From: a virus
IMG/VR virus record: IMGVR_UViG_3300028920_000048
Length of the DNA: 64,000 nucleotides
Reading direction: 5' to 3' (one strand)
In this document: piece after piece, positions 27,913 through 37,596 of the stretch
Layout of the letters: each line of letters begins with the position of its first letter
How positions within the stretch are numbered: the stretch's first letter is position 1
Translations under genes and position numbers: made by a program
The notes under the pieces: model-generated
What the model was told of the DNA's origin: nothing
The model's input: only the letters and a program-made list of their open reading frames with translations
Databases searched by the model: none

Positions 27913-28539
27913 CTAAGAAATTGTCATTTTCACGTTGCCAAAATCTTTAGAAAGCATACGAACAGCAGCATCGCCAAACTTTTTGGCAGCATTCTTATCT
28001 TCAAAACTGTAAGAAAACTCATGATAATCTGGGGAAAATTGCATTCTCATCCCTCCCTGCTTCTTACCACCGGCTTTCTTCGCCAGATTATCCAGTTTGT
28101 TCTCCACATCATCTATACCATCATCATCTGAGGAGCGCCAACTTAATGTCACAACGAAAAAGTGTTGACTCAACACCGTCCTTGCTATCGCAAGTAACTT
28201 AGAAGCCAACTGCCGTTTTGACGCTTGACGAAATGTGGAAACTCTAACTCCCTTGATCATTGGCTTCAGCTTTTTGAGCAACATCTCAGAAGCCTCATAC
28301 TCAATGAGAGGCCAAACCTTGTTGTCGATCATTGCAGCAACACTCTTCAGGTCAACTTGCTTGGCATCGTCATCACCAGAAACCCAATCAACCCCAAACA
28401 CCTTTATGGCGTCCGCAATGTCCTGCGATCTGCGAAGCTGTAAGCCTACCAAGTTCGTCCAATCCTCAAAGGACATAGCCGCCCCCAAAACAACCCTCGC
28501 CATTCCAACAAGTTCCTTAGCAGTTCTCAATCTGTCCAC
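27913..28539 (-). CDS. Leader-tagged two-domain protein (putative head cargo)
   Basis: N-terminal MDRLRTAKELVGMARVVLGA and internal RQLASKLLAIARTVLS. Confidence 0.75.
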   Translation of the reverse strand: MDRLRTAKELVGMARVVLGAAMSFEDWTNLVGLQLRRSQDIADAIKVFGVDWVSGDDDAKQVDLKSVAAMIDNKVWPLIEYEASEMLLKKLKPMIKGVRVSTFRQASKRQLASKLLAIARTVLSQHFFVVTLSWRSSDDDGIDDVENKLDNLAKKAGGKKQGGMRMQFSPDYHEFSYSFEDKNAAKKFGDAAVRMLSKDFGNVKMTIS

Positions 28540-28550
28540 CGGTACTCTCC

Positions 28551-29429
28551 TCACGTGTATTTGACAAGCTCAAAAACAGCATAAGTCGCCGTCGCAGGAA
28601 CAATACTGCCTCCATCACGAATGGCGTCTTCCTTCGAGTCGATCCGAAGATCAGCACACTCCATCGTCGATCCCGCCAAGCTCACCACAAGACTGGCAAC
28701 CGTATCCGGGATCGAAAACGCGCCCTGAAGCGGAACACGGTCGTAGTTGAATGACACAGTCATCGGTCCAACAGCCAAATACCCAGGCTCCTGAACAGTA
28801 GAGTTCGCCTCGCAGAGGAAAAACTTAACCACCTCCTGAGAGAACTCAAGGCTCCAAGAAATGATACCATCCAGAACACCGTCTGCATCGACAGTTGTCC
28901 GCCAGTATGGAATCGGAACCGTATCAGACGAACAATTCAAAGCCTCAATGATCCCGCCAGTATCCAAAGCAGTCTTGAAGCCATCAACCTGACCGAGAAC
29001 GTTATTGAGATAGCAGTCACCAATCTCAAACGTGCCAACATCGAGCGCCGCGAATGCTAGACTGCAAGTCGTTGAACCACCCTCAGCAGCCGCCAAGCTG
29101 ATGCTGCTCCAAAAGCAGTTCTGATAAACCTGACTTGACGTGTACCGAGGATAAACCTCAACCTTCTTGGCGGTCTGACGGTCTAATATCCAAGGACCGA
29201 TTACTCCGGTCCAAAAATCAACGTTCAAATCAACCTCGACTGAGCCATCAAGCGTGGGCCAATCATAAACCCGAGACGATCTGACCCCGATCTCGTCGAC
29301 CGGGGTCTTGATCTGACCGCCATAACCAGCCGCAGATTCAATGGGCATCTCTTGATTTGGCACACTAGCCGAATTGCAGAGACACACATTGTCGTCAACT
29401 TCGACATAGCCCTCGTATCCGAGAGGCAT
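28551..29429 (-). CDS. Tail tube-like protein (paralogue 2)
   Basis: LGYEGY N-terminus, PIPYWRT and ISWSLEFSQEV...PGYLAVG. Confidence 0.6.
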   Translation of the reverse strand: MPLGYEGYVEVDDNVCLCNSASVPNQEMPIESAAGYGGQIKTPVDEIGVRSSRVYDWPTLDGSVEVDLNVDFWTGVIGPWILDRQTAKKVEVYPRYTSSQVYQNCFWSSISLAAAEGGSTTCSLAFAALDVGTFEIGDCYLNNVLGQVDGFKTALDTGGIIEALNCSSDTVPIPYWRTTVDADGVLDGIISWSLEFSQEVVKFFLCEANSTVQEPGYLAVGPMTVSFNYDRVPLQGAFSIPDTVASLVVSLAGSTMECADLRIDSKEDAIRDGGSIVPATATYAVFELVKYT

Positions 29430-29444
29430 AAGCGAACCTCAATG

Positions 29445-30602
29445 TTACGGACAAGCAGGCAACGTGCATGTTCCACCGGGAGCACCTGGAGTCGGCAAAG
29501 CACCAGAGTCATCCGACATGATGATCGGCGGCAACACGTTTCCACCAGTCGGGATACGACCGCCCATGCCTTTCAAAGTAAAAGCACGGTTCGTCACATC
29601 CGACTGCCCCTTCAGGCCGTAATCATCACCCTCAACCACAACAGCGGGCATTTCGATGTACACCGTGCTCAGACCAGCCCGTGTAATCGCAACACGAAAC
29701 ACGTCATCACACGCATACAGATACGGAGCAGAAAGCGTGTAACTACCACTTCCATCACCGGTAATCGGGTCATAAACACCCTCTTCGTGATAGAACGTGG
29801 CGTTACCACTTCCGTCAATGGCACCCTGAAGCACCGCCGTTGGCTCACGGTAACCATTACAGGTGTAAAGAACCACGGTGTTGTTGGCAATACTGACGCT
29901 CCACTCAACCGTCTCAATGTCAGTCTGAAACGGTGTATTAGGCGTCGTGAATGGCGTATAACCAGCACCAACCGCACCAATGTAGAGATTCGAGTTCGTG
30001 CGCCAATACGGAATCGGGTCGATATCGTTATTGGAGCAGTTCAACGGGTTTGTGGCCGCAAACGCAGTCGTACTTCCAGCCGTCCCGTGAACACCTGTAA
30101 CCTGCCGAATATAACTGTATTCGCAGTAATCTGGCGGATCATTGTCATCCGGGTCGCTCTCTTCACGTGTCAAAGCAACCACATTGATCGAACAAGTGAC
30201 AAACGATCCCTCACTCGTTGACATGTCCACACTTTGACAGAAGCAACCCGTCTTCAGAATGTTCTTCACCGTTGAACAGTCTCGGGTGTACTTATACACG
30301 TGCGCACCGTCAGGCGAGATAATCAGCGATTTCGGATAAGCCCGCTGACTGATCCCCCATTCCTCAACAACGTTCCAGAGCTTCGCACTACCCTGAAGAT
30401 CGAAGTCAATTGACCCCTCGTACCGAATAGCGTTGTTGGCATAGTGCGACGACGAACCAGCATTATACCAGCCTGCACCCCAAACCGAGTTGTTGTAAAT
30501 TGGCTCCAGAACAAGGTTGACAGACGCACCTGTAGCCAAAAACAGCGCCGTCGAGCCATCATTGGCGTAAAACTGCGCATAGCCTTGGTAACCCATGCCC
30601 AT
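29445..30602 (-). CDS. Major tail tube-like protein (paralogue 1)
   Basis: MGYQGY, PIPYWRT, EWSVSIANN...NG...P; Thr/Gly/Ser-rich beta composition; preceded by the candidate late promoter. Confidence 0.65.
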   Translation of the reverse strand: MGMGYQGYAQFYANDGSTALFLATGASVNLVLEPIYNNSVWGAGWYNAGSSSHYANNAIRYEGSIDFDLQGSAKLWNVVEEWGISQRAYPKSLIISPDGAHVYKYTRDCSTVKNILKTGCFCQSVDMSTSEGSFVTCSINVVALTREESDPDDNDPPDYCEYSYIRQVTGVHGTAGSTTAFAATNPLNCSNNDIDPIPYWRTNSNLYIGAVGAGYTPFTTPNTPFQTDIETVEWSVSIANNTVVLYTCNGYREPTAVLQGAIDGSGNATFYHEEGVYDPITGDGSGSYTLSAPYLYACDDVFRVAITRAGLSTVYIEMPAVVVEGDDYGLKGQSDVTNRAFTLKGMGGRIPTGGNVLPPIIMSDDSGALPTPGAPGGTCTLPACP

Positions 30603-30673
30603 CGGGACAATCCTCCTCTCACGAGAAATTCCAGCACGTCAGGGACGTAAGACGCCTCTATCTGTCAATCCCC

Positions 30674-30685
30674 ATATAAAAAAAA
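30674..30685 (-). promoter_or_regulatory. Candidate phage late-promoter motif (TTTTTTTTATAT)
   Basis: Variant of the T-rich TTTT(C)TTATA motif also seen at 43195, 53184 and 59091, each at an operon start. Confidence 0.4.
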
Positions 30686-30704
30686 TGTTCACTTCCAATC
30701 GAGA

Positions 30705-31247
30705 CTAACCAGGGTACCCTTCGTCCTCTTCAGAGTACAACTCAGGGTTTTCATCCAAATACCACTGGACATCATCATAAACAGCCTGTTCAATCGAGTC
30801 AGGGTCAAGCATCTTCAGGTCCATAATTCGCCCCTTCACCGGAACCGTGGTCTCTCCACCATAACCACCATAAACTGTGAAGGTACCCTTGTAATCCACC
30901 CGCGAGGCCAAACCACGTGGACCTTTGCCCTTCCGAACGATCCGGTATTCAATGCCTTCCACCTGCCCCGATCCAAAGCCTTGCCAGTCGGCAGACTCCC
31001 TGTGAGCCCACAATCCCGGAAAGCTCTTGGCTTGACCTGTCGGGACAAGATAGACAAAAGCCTCTACATGGCGTTTGTCCGGCTTACCCTTGTAGCCCTT
31101 CTTATCGAGAAGCGCCATCAAAAGTTCCTGCTTCTTGTCACCAAGCCACAGCTTAAACCGAGTGTAGCCCTTCGGCGTCCTCTCGCCAGTTCCTAAAACT
31201 TCCTTAGCAAGCCCTACCAATCTCTTCGCAAGCAGCAAACGATCCAT
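30705..31247 (-). CDS. Leader-tagged protein (putative head cargo)
   Basis: MDRLLLAKRLVGLAKEVLGT after AGGAG RBS. Confidence 0.7.
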   Translation of the reverse strand: MDRLLLAKRLVGLAKEVLGTGERTPKGYTRFKLWLGDKKQELLMALLDKKGYKGKPDKRHVEAFVYLVPTGQAKSFPGLWAHRESADWQGFGSGQVEGIEYRIVRKGKGPRGLASRVDYKGTFTVYGGYGGETTVPVKGRIMDLKMLDPDSIEQAVYDDVQWYLDENPELYSEEDEGYPG

Positions 31248-31261
31248 TTTCCAATCTCCTG

Positions 31262-32074
31262 TCATGTAACGCTAATGTCACGCTCTTTCTTGTTCCGAAC
31301 CGTTACGCGGTCTCCAACCGTGCCTTGGTCTCCGTTGAACACAGCACCTGTCACGTCGAGAAACCTGTCTGTCGCAGTCCCTACGTCAATCGAATCGCCC
31401 ACCACACTACCAGCCGGAACCGTGACAGCTATCGTCGTCGGTGAGTCATTCAAGTCCTTCACGCCAAGCAAGATATCAAGGTCTGCCGCCATGCCCGGTC
31501 CAATACCACCAACTACTTCGACCACAACACGCAACTGAGTTGCTGCAAAGTTCGACCCGCTCGCAAGATTGGTTTGAGCACCAGTGCCGTAATTGATGCC
31601 ATCCGTGAAGTCCAAGATCGGTCCAGCCAACACTTCCAGCGTGGCAAAAGTATCGTCACCCTCCGAAAACACATCAACAGCCAACATCCACTGACTGTTC
31701 TTAGCACACCAAAATACTTGATTGAAGTGATCGCTGACCCGCTCGTCCTTGACCAACAAATACTCGTCCCAGCCTCCGGTAAAGCCAACCCGAGCAAAAT
31801 GAGCGTCCATTGCACGAAGCACGTTCTGAAGATCAACAAATCCAGCCCGAAAAATCGTATTCAGGACAAAATCGTTGTCGGCGATCTCCGCCGGATTGAC
31901 CAACGGTATCTCAACGTCAGGATCGTCCGTCGCCGTTACAGACTCGAAGTAGAGCGTTCCAGCGTTGCCAGCACCGGTCAGATTGATGCTCTCAAAAGCA
32001 GTGCGAATCTGATCGTACTGATAGGCGATTCTGTCGGCAATCGCAAGAAGTGTGGCTGTGTCAATGATCGGCAT
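31262..32074 (-). CDS. Putative virion structural protein
   Basis: 270 aa, acidic and beta-rich, between tail-completion and tube genes. Confidence 0.55.
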   Translation of the reverse strand: MPIIDTATLLAIADRIAYQYDQIRTAFESINLTGAGNAGTLYFESVTATDDPDVEIPLVNPAEIADNDFVLNTIFRAGFVDLQNVLRAMDAHFARVGFTGGWDEYLLVKDERVSDHFNQVFWCAKNSQWMLAVDVFSEGDDTFATLEVLAGPILDFTDGINYGTGAQTNLASGSNFAATQLRVVVEVVGGIGPGMAADLDILLGVKDLNDSPTTIAVTVPAGSVVGDSIDVGTATDRFLDVTGAVFNGDQGTVGDRVTVRNKKERDISVT

Positions 32075-32376
32075 TACTTCAAATATCTCCGGTAGAACTT
32101 GTCCATCTGTTTTGCTATTTCGTTAAGAGCCTTTATCGAAAGCACAACCCTACCCCTGATCTCCTCAGTGTTGTCAACAACCGAATCTTGAAAACCTTCC
32201 TCGAACAAAGGAGCACCACCAAGCGACCGAATTCTCGCCCGCATTAAAGCATGATGACGGGCAAGCATTGTCAGTTTCGCCATGACTGGAATAGCTCTAA
32301 ACGTTTTCAACAAGTTGTTCACGGAACTTCTCAGCGCCATGAGACAATACCTCCAAATCAGCCCGCCAAAGCGCAA
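32074..32376 (-). CDS. Small hypothetical protein (start uncertain, possibly 32283)
   Basis: Fills the gap; its stop overlaps the next start. Confidence 0.4.
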   Translation of the reverse strand: MRFGGLIWRYCLMALRSSVNNLLKTFRAIPVMAKLTMLARHHALMRARIRSLGGAPLFEEGFQDSVVDNTEEIRGRVVLSIKALNEIAKQMDKFYRRYLK

Positions 32377-32524
32377 GCTCGGCCATCATTTTGAAGTAAA
32401 CTTGCTTCGCCCCTCCAAGATCACCAGCTTCCAAAGCCGTTTCAAGAGCGTCATACTTGTCCACAAAAACATCACCACGCCGCTGAGACTCGTTATAAAG
32501 CTTATTAAGATTTAGCAAAGCCAT
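32297..32524 (-). CDS. Small helical hypothetical protein
   Basis: ATG directly after the upstream TAG. Confidence 0.5.
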   Translation of the reverse strand: MALLNLNKLYNESQRRGDVFVDKYDALETALEAGDLGGAKQVYFKMMAELALWRADLEVLSHGAEKFREQLVENV

Positions 32525-33106
32525 CTATAGAACCTCGACTACCTTCGGAAGAACAATACTCGGAGAATCGAGCCCTATCGTGGTCACACGCCACTTGCTT
32601 TCCGGGAAAGGCTCGTGTACAAGAGCAAAATAAGAAAATTCAGCAACCCTGATCGTGCCGTCACGAGATGCAGAATACGACACATCCTCGGCAAGACTGT
32701 CCAGTATCCGAGTCTGGACAAGTCCATCTGTCGGAGTCCACCGACACTCGTTAATCACCTCAAGTTGCAAATTCTTCGGGTCACAAAGCAGATCAGCAAC
32801 GCACGTCGCCATAGTCGTGATATATTCCGCTGCGATCTCTTCGTCCTGACAAGTCACCGTAAGCACGAACCTAAAGCTGTAACGTGGTCTCTGAGCCCTT
32901 GTAGTCGCCCACTGATTCGAGCCACTTGTAGCCTCCATTTCCAGAGCAGGATACAAGTTCTGAGGCAGCGTCGGACGAATGCCCTCAAAGACATTCAAAG
33001 CCAAATCCGAGCCCACATAGTAATGAACAACCTCATCAATCGTATCCAGATTGCGTTCCAGCATCAAAATCAGAGTTTTGATAATATTGGACGGATTTGT
33101 ATACAT
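32525..33106 (-). CDS. Tail terminator or completion-like protein
   Basis: Size, position and the YPALEM...QWATTRAQRPRYSFRFVLTV pattern. Confidence 0.5.
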   Translation of the reverse strand: MYTNPSNIIKTLILMLERNLDTIDEVVHYYVGSDLALNVFEGIRPTLPQNLYPALEMEATSGSNQWATTRAQRPRYSFRFVLTVTCQDEEIAAEYITTMATCVADLLCDPKNLQLEVINECRWTPTDGLVQTRILDSLAEDVSYSASRDGTIRVAEFSYFALVHEPFPESKWRVTTIGLDSPSIVLPKVVEVL

Positions 33107-33115
33107 TTTTCGACC

Positions 33116-34699
33116 TCACAGTGCCTCAAGCATCTCTTCAATGTCGCCAATCGAGAACTCCACCACATCATCACCTTCCTCAAATTTCGTTTCCGCCACA
33201 AACACTCTGCTGCTCTTTCGACGACCCCTCGACTTGGTCTTCTTTTTCGGTGCTCTAGCAAGCGTCTTAATAAAGTCAACCGGATCGAACCGGACCACGA
33301 CCGACTTGCCATCCTGAGCAAAGATGTCCTCCAAGCTCCTATCAAGCTTGCCACCACTATTAAGATACTCCATGATCACAAGCGGATTGATGTAGCTCCC
33401 AATGGTTGTATCAATCGACTCATGGCTCATAACACTACTCGTGGCTTCTGCCGCCTTCGTCATGTGATCAACAATGATCTCAACAGCCTTCTGCTTCATC
33501 TGCTCAGTCGCCTCAGCCTTCAAATCGCCAAGTTGAGACAACAAGTCAGCCTTCAGCCGATTCACATCTTTCTTCAGGGCGTCATACATCTTCCTTGTTG
33601 CCCGAAGTTTGCGAAAGTCGCTGACCTCGACAAATTGTTTGAGCACCTTCTTGAAGTAGGCGTTCAAAGCGTCATGACTGATCCCCTTGCCAGACTTGGT
33701 GACAAAAATCGGGGCATCTGAAGACTGACCGGACAAGCCCTTGGCGTGCTCTGAAAGCGCATTCACGATATCCTTGTCCTTCAAGTCCGCCACGTTCACC
33801 GTACCCCACTTGCCAGTAAACTCAAGACGAACAAAGCTCTTCCTCACGAACTTGACATGCTTCTTAAGCAAGGTCAAAGCACCATAAGTCTGCAACTCTT
33901 TACCACCCTTAGTCTTAGCCTTTGTCTTGCCCTCTCCCCACTTGCCGCCACGAATGCCCGTCTGCGCCACAACAAGCGCCACAAGAGCCATAAGCCTCTT
34001 ACGCTCGTTTCCGCCGGTAAGATCAGCTTTCAACTTGGTAACCAAATCCTTCCAGTTCTGAATAAGCACTCCAAGTTGATGGGCTTTTTCCTGAGCTGTC
34101 TTTCCTTTGTTCCCGAAAACCTCGATCATACGGAGCAAACGACCATCCGGCGCTACTTCAGCCCCAAAAGTATTAGGAAACAACTTGAACACGTCCGGCA
34201 CATACCCCGACTCGTAAAGCTGAGTACGAGCTTCTTGTACCATATTTTCACGCACCTTCTTTTCCGCAGCACGCCGGATCGTCGCCTCGCCCTTCAACGG
34301 ATCAACATCAACACGCTTACCCTTGGAGTACGTCCAACCAAAAGCATTGTTCATTATCGCATTCTCGACGGTCCTCTTCTGCATCTCAGTCGTCGCATCG
34401 ACAAATTTGCTGATCTTCTTACTGCTTCGAGCCCGCTTCAAGAACTCAGCCCGAATCGCAAGCTCATTGCCCCTGACCTTGTTCTTGAACTTCGACAGCA
34501 CACTGGAAGCCAGACGACCAGCCGATCCGGTTGGTCCAACAAGCAACTTAAAAGCACTCATAGCTTCTTCACCAGTCGAAGCCATAGCCTGCTGCTGTTC
34601 CTGCCACTCACGCTCGTACTGAGCAACCTCATCGCTCTTGCGAGTTGCACAAACAAGACGATCTACAATGGCGGCACAATCTTGCATCTCAGTCTCCAT
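33116..34699 (-). CDS. Type IB DNA topoisomerase (catalytic core) with long helical N-terminus
   Basis: Catalytic R-K-R-H-Y set in order: TGIRGG, FTGKWG, SDFRKLRAT, MSHES, GSYINP. Confidence 0.8.
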   Translation of the reverse strand: METEMQDCAAIVDRLVCATRKSDEVAQYEREWQEQQQAMASTGEEAMSAFKLLVGPTGSAGRLASSVLSKFKNKVRGNELAIRAEFLKRARSSKKISKFVDATTEMQKRTVENAIMNNAFGWTYSKGKRVDVDPLKGEATIRRAAEKKVRENMVQEARTQLYESGYVPDVFKLFPNTFGAEVAPDGRLLRMIEVFGNKGKTAQEKAHQLGVLIQNWKDLVTKLKADLTGGNERKRLMALVALVVAQTGIRGGKWGEGKTKAKTKGGKELQTYGALTLLKKHVKFVRKSFVRLEFTGKWGTVNVADLKDKDIVNALSEHAKGLSGQSSDAPIFVTKSGKGISHDALNAYFKKVLKQFVEVSDFRKLRATRKMYDALKKDVNRLKADLLSQLGDLKAEATEQMKQKAVEIIVDHMTKAAEATSSVMSHESIDTTIGSYINPLVIMEYLNSGGKLDRSLEDIFAQDGKSVVVRFDPVDFIKTLARAPKKKTKSRGRRKSSRVFVAETKFEEGDDVVEFSIGDIEEMLEAL

Positions 34700-34794
34700 A
34701 GAACCAAAACGGCAACGGTCTTATATCGGGCACGTCATCCCACTTTTTCATGCCCGGCATGTAGAACTTTACCTCGTCCAGCATCTTCATCACC

Positions 34795-36276
34795 TCAAGC
34801 TGGAACAATCTCGCCACGCCCAGTCAACTTACCCGGAAAAATCAACTGAAACGTACCTTGATCCGTCTGGCGCACAATCGAGCCATCAACCGTGAAAACG
34901 TACCGATCAACCATTGGTCCGGCAATATCAGCACTCTTCTTTGAAGACGTAAAGAACTTTCCGGTCGGTATCCTTTCGCCGCCACGCCAAGCCTCATATT
35001 CATCATCGCTCATCCAACGATAGAGCTTTAATTTCTCTTCGCCAGCCTTTTGAGGCAATTTACCGCTTCTCATATACTCCACAAGATTGAAATAAGTCTC
35101 TTGCTTACTCCCCTCAGGAAAGAAATCCGGGTCTCCGACATCAAGCACGTCATCGACAACGAAATTGGAGCCCCGAGCAAACACCGTAAAGCCAGGAGCC
35201 ATAGAGCCTTTGCCCACCACGACATAAAACGTCGGATTTTTCATGGTATTTACAATGTCAATAGCCTCTCGATCCGGTCCTTTAACCTCAATCACGACAG
35301 TCTCAGAAGTACCCGTAGCCTTACAAAAGCGTCCTACCCGACTCAAAAGTTGCTTCAGAGCCTTCTTGATAAACTTCAACACAGCCTTGTCAAGCGTCTG
35401 CTTGGTCTTGACAAGCTCCGCATCAACATCCTTGATTGGTGTTGTTTTGTCGGAAATGAACCGCCCAATGTCAACAACCAGCATCGAAGACATCGAAACC
35501 AGATATCTTTCTCCAGCCTTGTACCGCTTGCTGTATTCTTTGAAGAGCTTGTTGCTGTCCTTAGCAATCCTTTTGAGCTTCGATACGTCATCGCCAGCCT
35601 TAGCAACTGCCGTCGCAATGGCAGTCAAATCAGTCTCGACTTGATCAGCAACATCGTCCGGCATCGGATCGTACCCCTTCTTCTCCGAAGCGATCTCCTT
35701 GCGAAGCTTCGCCCTGAAACCAGACAAGTCAAACGACCCACGACCACGCTCCTGACTCCTGAACAGCGAATATTCGTAACTGGAGAGCCTTTCCTCAAGA
35801 GCCGCTTCAACATCCGACATGTCGACCACGAACTTGCAGTCGCCGGTCACAATCCGTGAAGCACAACGAACCGGACCAAAAACTCCCGCTCCCTTAGTGA
35901 CCCTCACGATCACCTGCGAGACCGGAGTCCCTTTCACAAGGCGAAGCTTCATGCACATTCCAAAGCTCCTCTGAACCGAACTGGACCAATCGGAAAGGAC
36001 CGAAAGCACGTCACGAACGTCATGGTTATCAGCGTCCACAACGACCACAACCGACCCAAGCCTATCTGACATACCCGTTGACCTTGCTAGCTCAACACGA
36101 AGCCCATCAAGGCGTCCAATCTCCAACCTGATCGCCTTAATAATCTCCTTTTGGACATCACTCATGTCCATAGGCGGCTGTTTCGACACGTAACCCACAA
36201 GCAGTGACCTTGCAGCAACGAGGAGTCCTCTTGCGGCTGTCAAACGACCTCTGCATCTTTTGGCATATCGTGTCAT
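34795..36276 (-). CDS. Leader-tagged multidomain protein; C-terminus possibly ADP-ribosyltransferase-like
   Basis: GRLTAARGLLVAARSLLVG leader variant; C-terminal KLYRWMS...KFFTSS. Confidence 0.65.
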   Translation of the reverse strand: MTRYAKRCRGRLTAARGLLVAARSLLVGYVSKQPPMDMSDVQKEIIKAIRLEIGRLDGLRVELARSTGMSDRLGSVVVVVDADNHDVRDVLSVLSDWSSSVQRSFGMCMKLRLVKGTPVSQVIVRVTKGAGVFGPVRCASRIVTGDCKFVVDMSDVEAALEERLSSYEYSLFRSQERGRGSFDLSGFRAKLRKEIASEKKGYDPMPDDVADQVETDLTAIATAVAKAGDDVSKLKRIAKDSNKLFKEYSKRYKAGERYLVSMSSMLVVDIGRFISDKTTPIKDVDAELVKTKQTLDKAVLKFIKKALKQLLSRVGRFCKATGTSETVVIEVKGPDREAIDIVNTMKNPTFYVVVGKGSMAPGFTVFARGSNFVVDDVLDVGDPDFFPEGSKQETYFNLVEYMRSGKLPQKAGEEKLKLYRWMSDDEYEAWRGGERIPTGKFFTSSKKSADIAGPMVDRYVFTVDGSIVRQTDQGTFQLIFPGKLTGRGEIVPA

Positions 36277-36287
36277 GGCTACATAGT

Positions 36288-37271
36288 TCAGAACGTTACC
36301 ACAGCCTTGAATCCCTTAGCCCGAAAAATTATGTCCTTGCCCACTGGACGCTCGAAGGTGGAATTGATCTTGACCGTCTTTCCTACAAGTTTCTTGTCGA
36401 GCTTCTCAGCGGGTGAATAGTCCAACGACTCGCCAGGCTTCATTTTCACAAGTGACTCAACAATGTCGTGGTTGAGAAGAATATAAGCCCTCTGCTTGTA
36501 GCCCTTCGGCTGTCCAATCAGGGCAATCCTCGGATTCGCCACAATCGTCCAATTGTACTTAATAAACATTACCTTGACCGGCAATACCATCTTCACCTTC
36601 TCGCCCTCGGGGAAGTCATCGGCTTTGGCAACACCCTTCAGACGCTTGGCTTCATCCAGCATCTTCGTCCATGCGTTGTCGCTGATCTTGAAGCCTTCCT
36701 TCAATTGGTTAACAAATTTGCCCCAAAAGTCATGTCCATCAAGCTGCTTGATCACAAGAGAGACAGCCGACTTGTTCTTTGTAAACCACGCCTGGTCTTG
36801 CCGCTTGACCTCGGTCATGCGCTTTGCTTCTGATTCCGTAACGGACTTGTCCCTCGTAAACGTGGTCTCCGCCCTGTCCGGCTTGCCGTCCTTGAACTTG
36901 ATCTTGAACTCCAAGGCGACACCGTAAGGATCAATCCAGTAACCGTAGCCGTACACCGTCCGACGCCTTCCCATTCCAGCCACGCCGACATGGACAACCG
37001 CAGCCTTCAGGTCCGGCACAGACGGCTTGACCGAATTGGCAAGCTTCTCGTAGACAGTGCCCTTCTCGGAATCGAGATTGCGACCAGACGCCAAAGCCTT
37101 GAGGATGAAAGCGCCTTGCTTGTCAGACTTCCAAACCCCGTTGTTGGACTTGACCATAGACCGGAGCGACGGGAAGTAGTCGTTGGCACTGTCACGATAG
37201 ACCATCACAGACGCCGTGACAAGCTCACGAGCCATCTTGACAAGCTCTTCTGCAACTCTCAGTCTGTCCAT
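36288..37271 (-). CDS. Leader-tagged protein (putative head cargo)
   Basis: MDRLRVAEELVKMARELVTA. Confidence 0.8.
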   Translation of the reverse strand: MDRLRVAEELVKMARELVTASVMVYRDSANDYFPSLRSMVKSNNGVWKSDKQGAFILKALASGRNLDSEKGTVYEKLANSVKPSVPDLKAAVVHVGVAGMGRRRTVYGYGYWIDPYGVALEFKIKFKDGKPDRAETTFTRDKSVTESEAKRMTEVKRQDQAWFTKNKSAVSLVIKQLDGHDFWGKFVNQLKEGFKISDNAWTKMLDEAKRLKGVAKADDFPEGEKVKMVLPVKVMFIKYNWTIVANPRIALIGQPKGYKQRAYILLNHDIVESLVKMKPGESLDYSPAEKLDKKLVGKTVKINSTFERPVGKDIIFRAKGFKAVVTF

Positions 37272-37275
37272 CGCC

Positions 37276-37584
37276 TCACTCCCATTCAGTGTATTTGCCC
37301 ATCTCGTCCTCTTTCGTGACTTTCTTGGGCTTGTGGTCGTAAGTCATATTCAAAGGTGCTGAACTGCCATCCTCAAGGAAAACACGACCAGAAGAAAGCC
37401 GGTCGCTCTGCGACACGCTCTCTACTACGCCGCTATGGAGACCCTTGCCCGGAGTCCAGCCCCATATCCACACCTTCTCTCCAACCTTGGGCTTCTTGCC
37501 GTTGTCCTCGAAAGTTCCCTTACTGGCTCCAACCAAGTCACGAGCCATCTTGACAAGCTCTTCTGCAACCCTCAGTCGATCCAT
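37276..37584 (-). CDS. Leader-tagged small protein (SH3/KOW-like beta domain)
   Basis: MDRLRVAEELVKMARDLVGA followed by KPKVGEKVWIWG...SGVVESV. Confidence 0.8.
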   Translation of the reverse strand: MDRLRVAEELVKMARDLVGASKGTFEDNGKKPKVGEKVWIWGWTPGKGLHSGVVESVSQSDRLSSGRVFLEDGSSAPLNMTYDHKPKKVTKEDEMGKYTEWE

Positions 37585-37596
37585 TATATCACCTTT

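Noticed and set aside
24457-32074. Calling the phage a siphovirus
   Set aside because: No sheath is visible here, but genes outside the window are unknown and the capsid resembles that of a myophage group, so morphology is left open.
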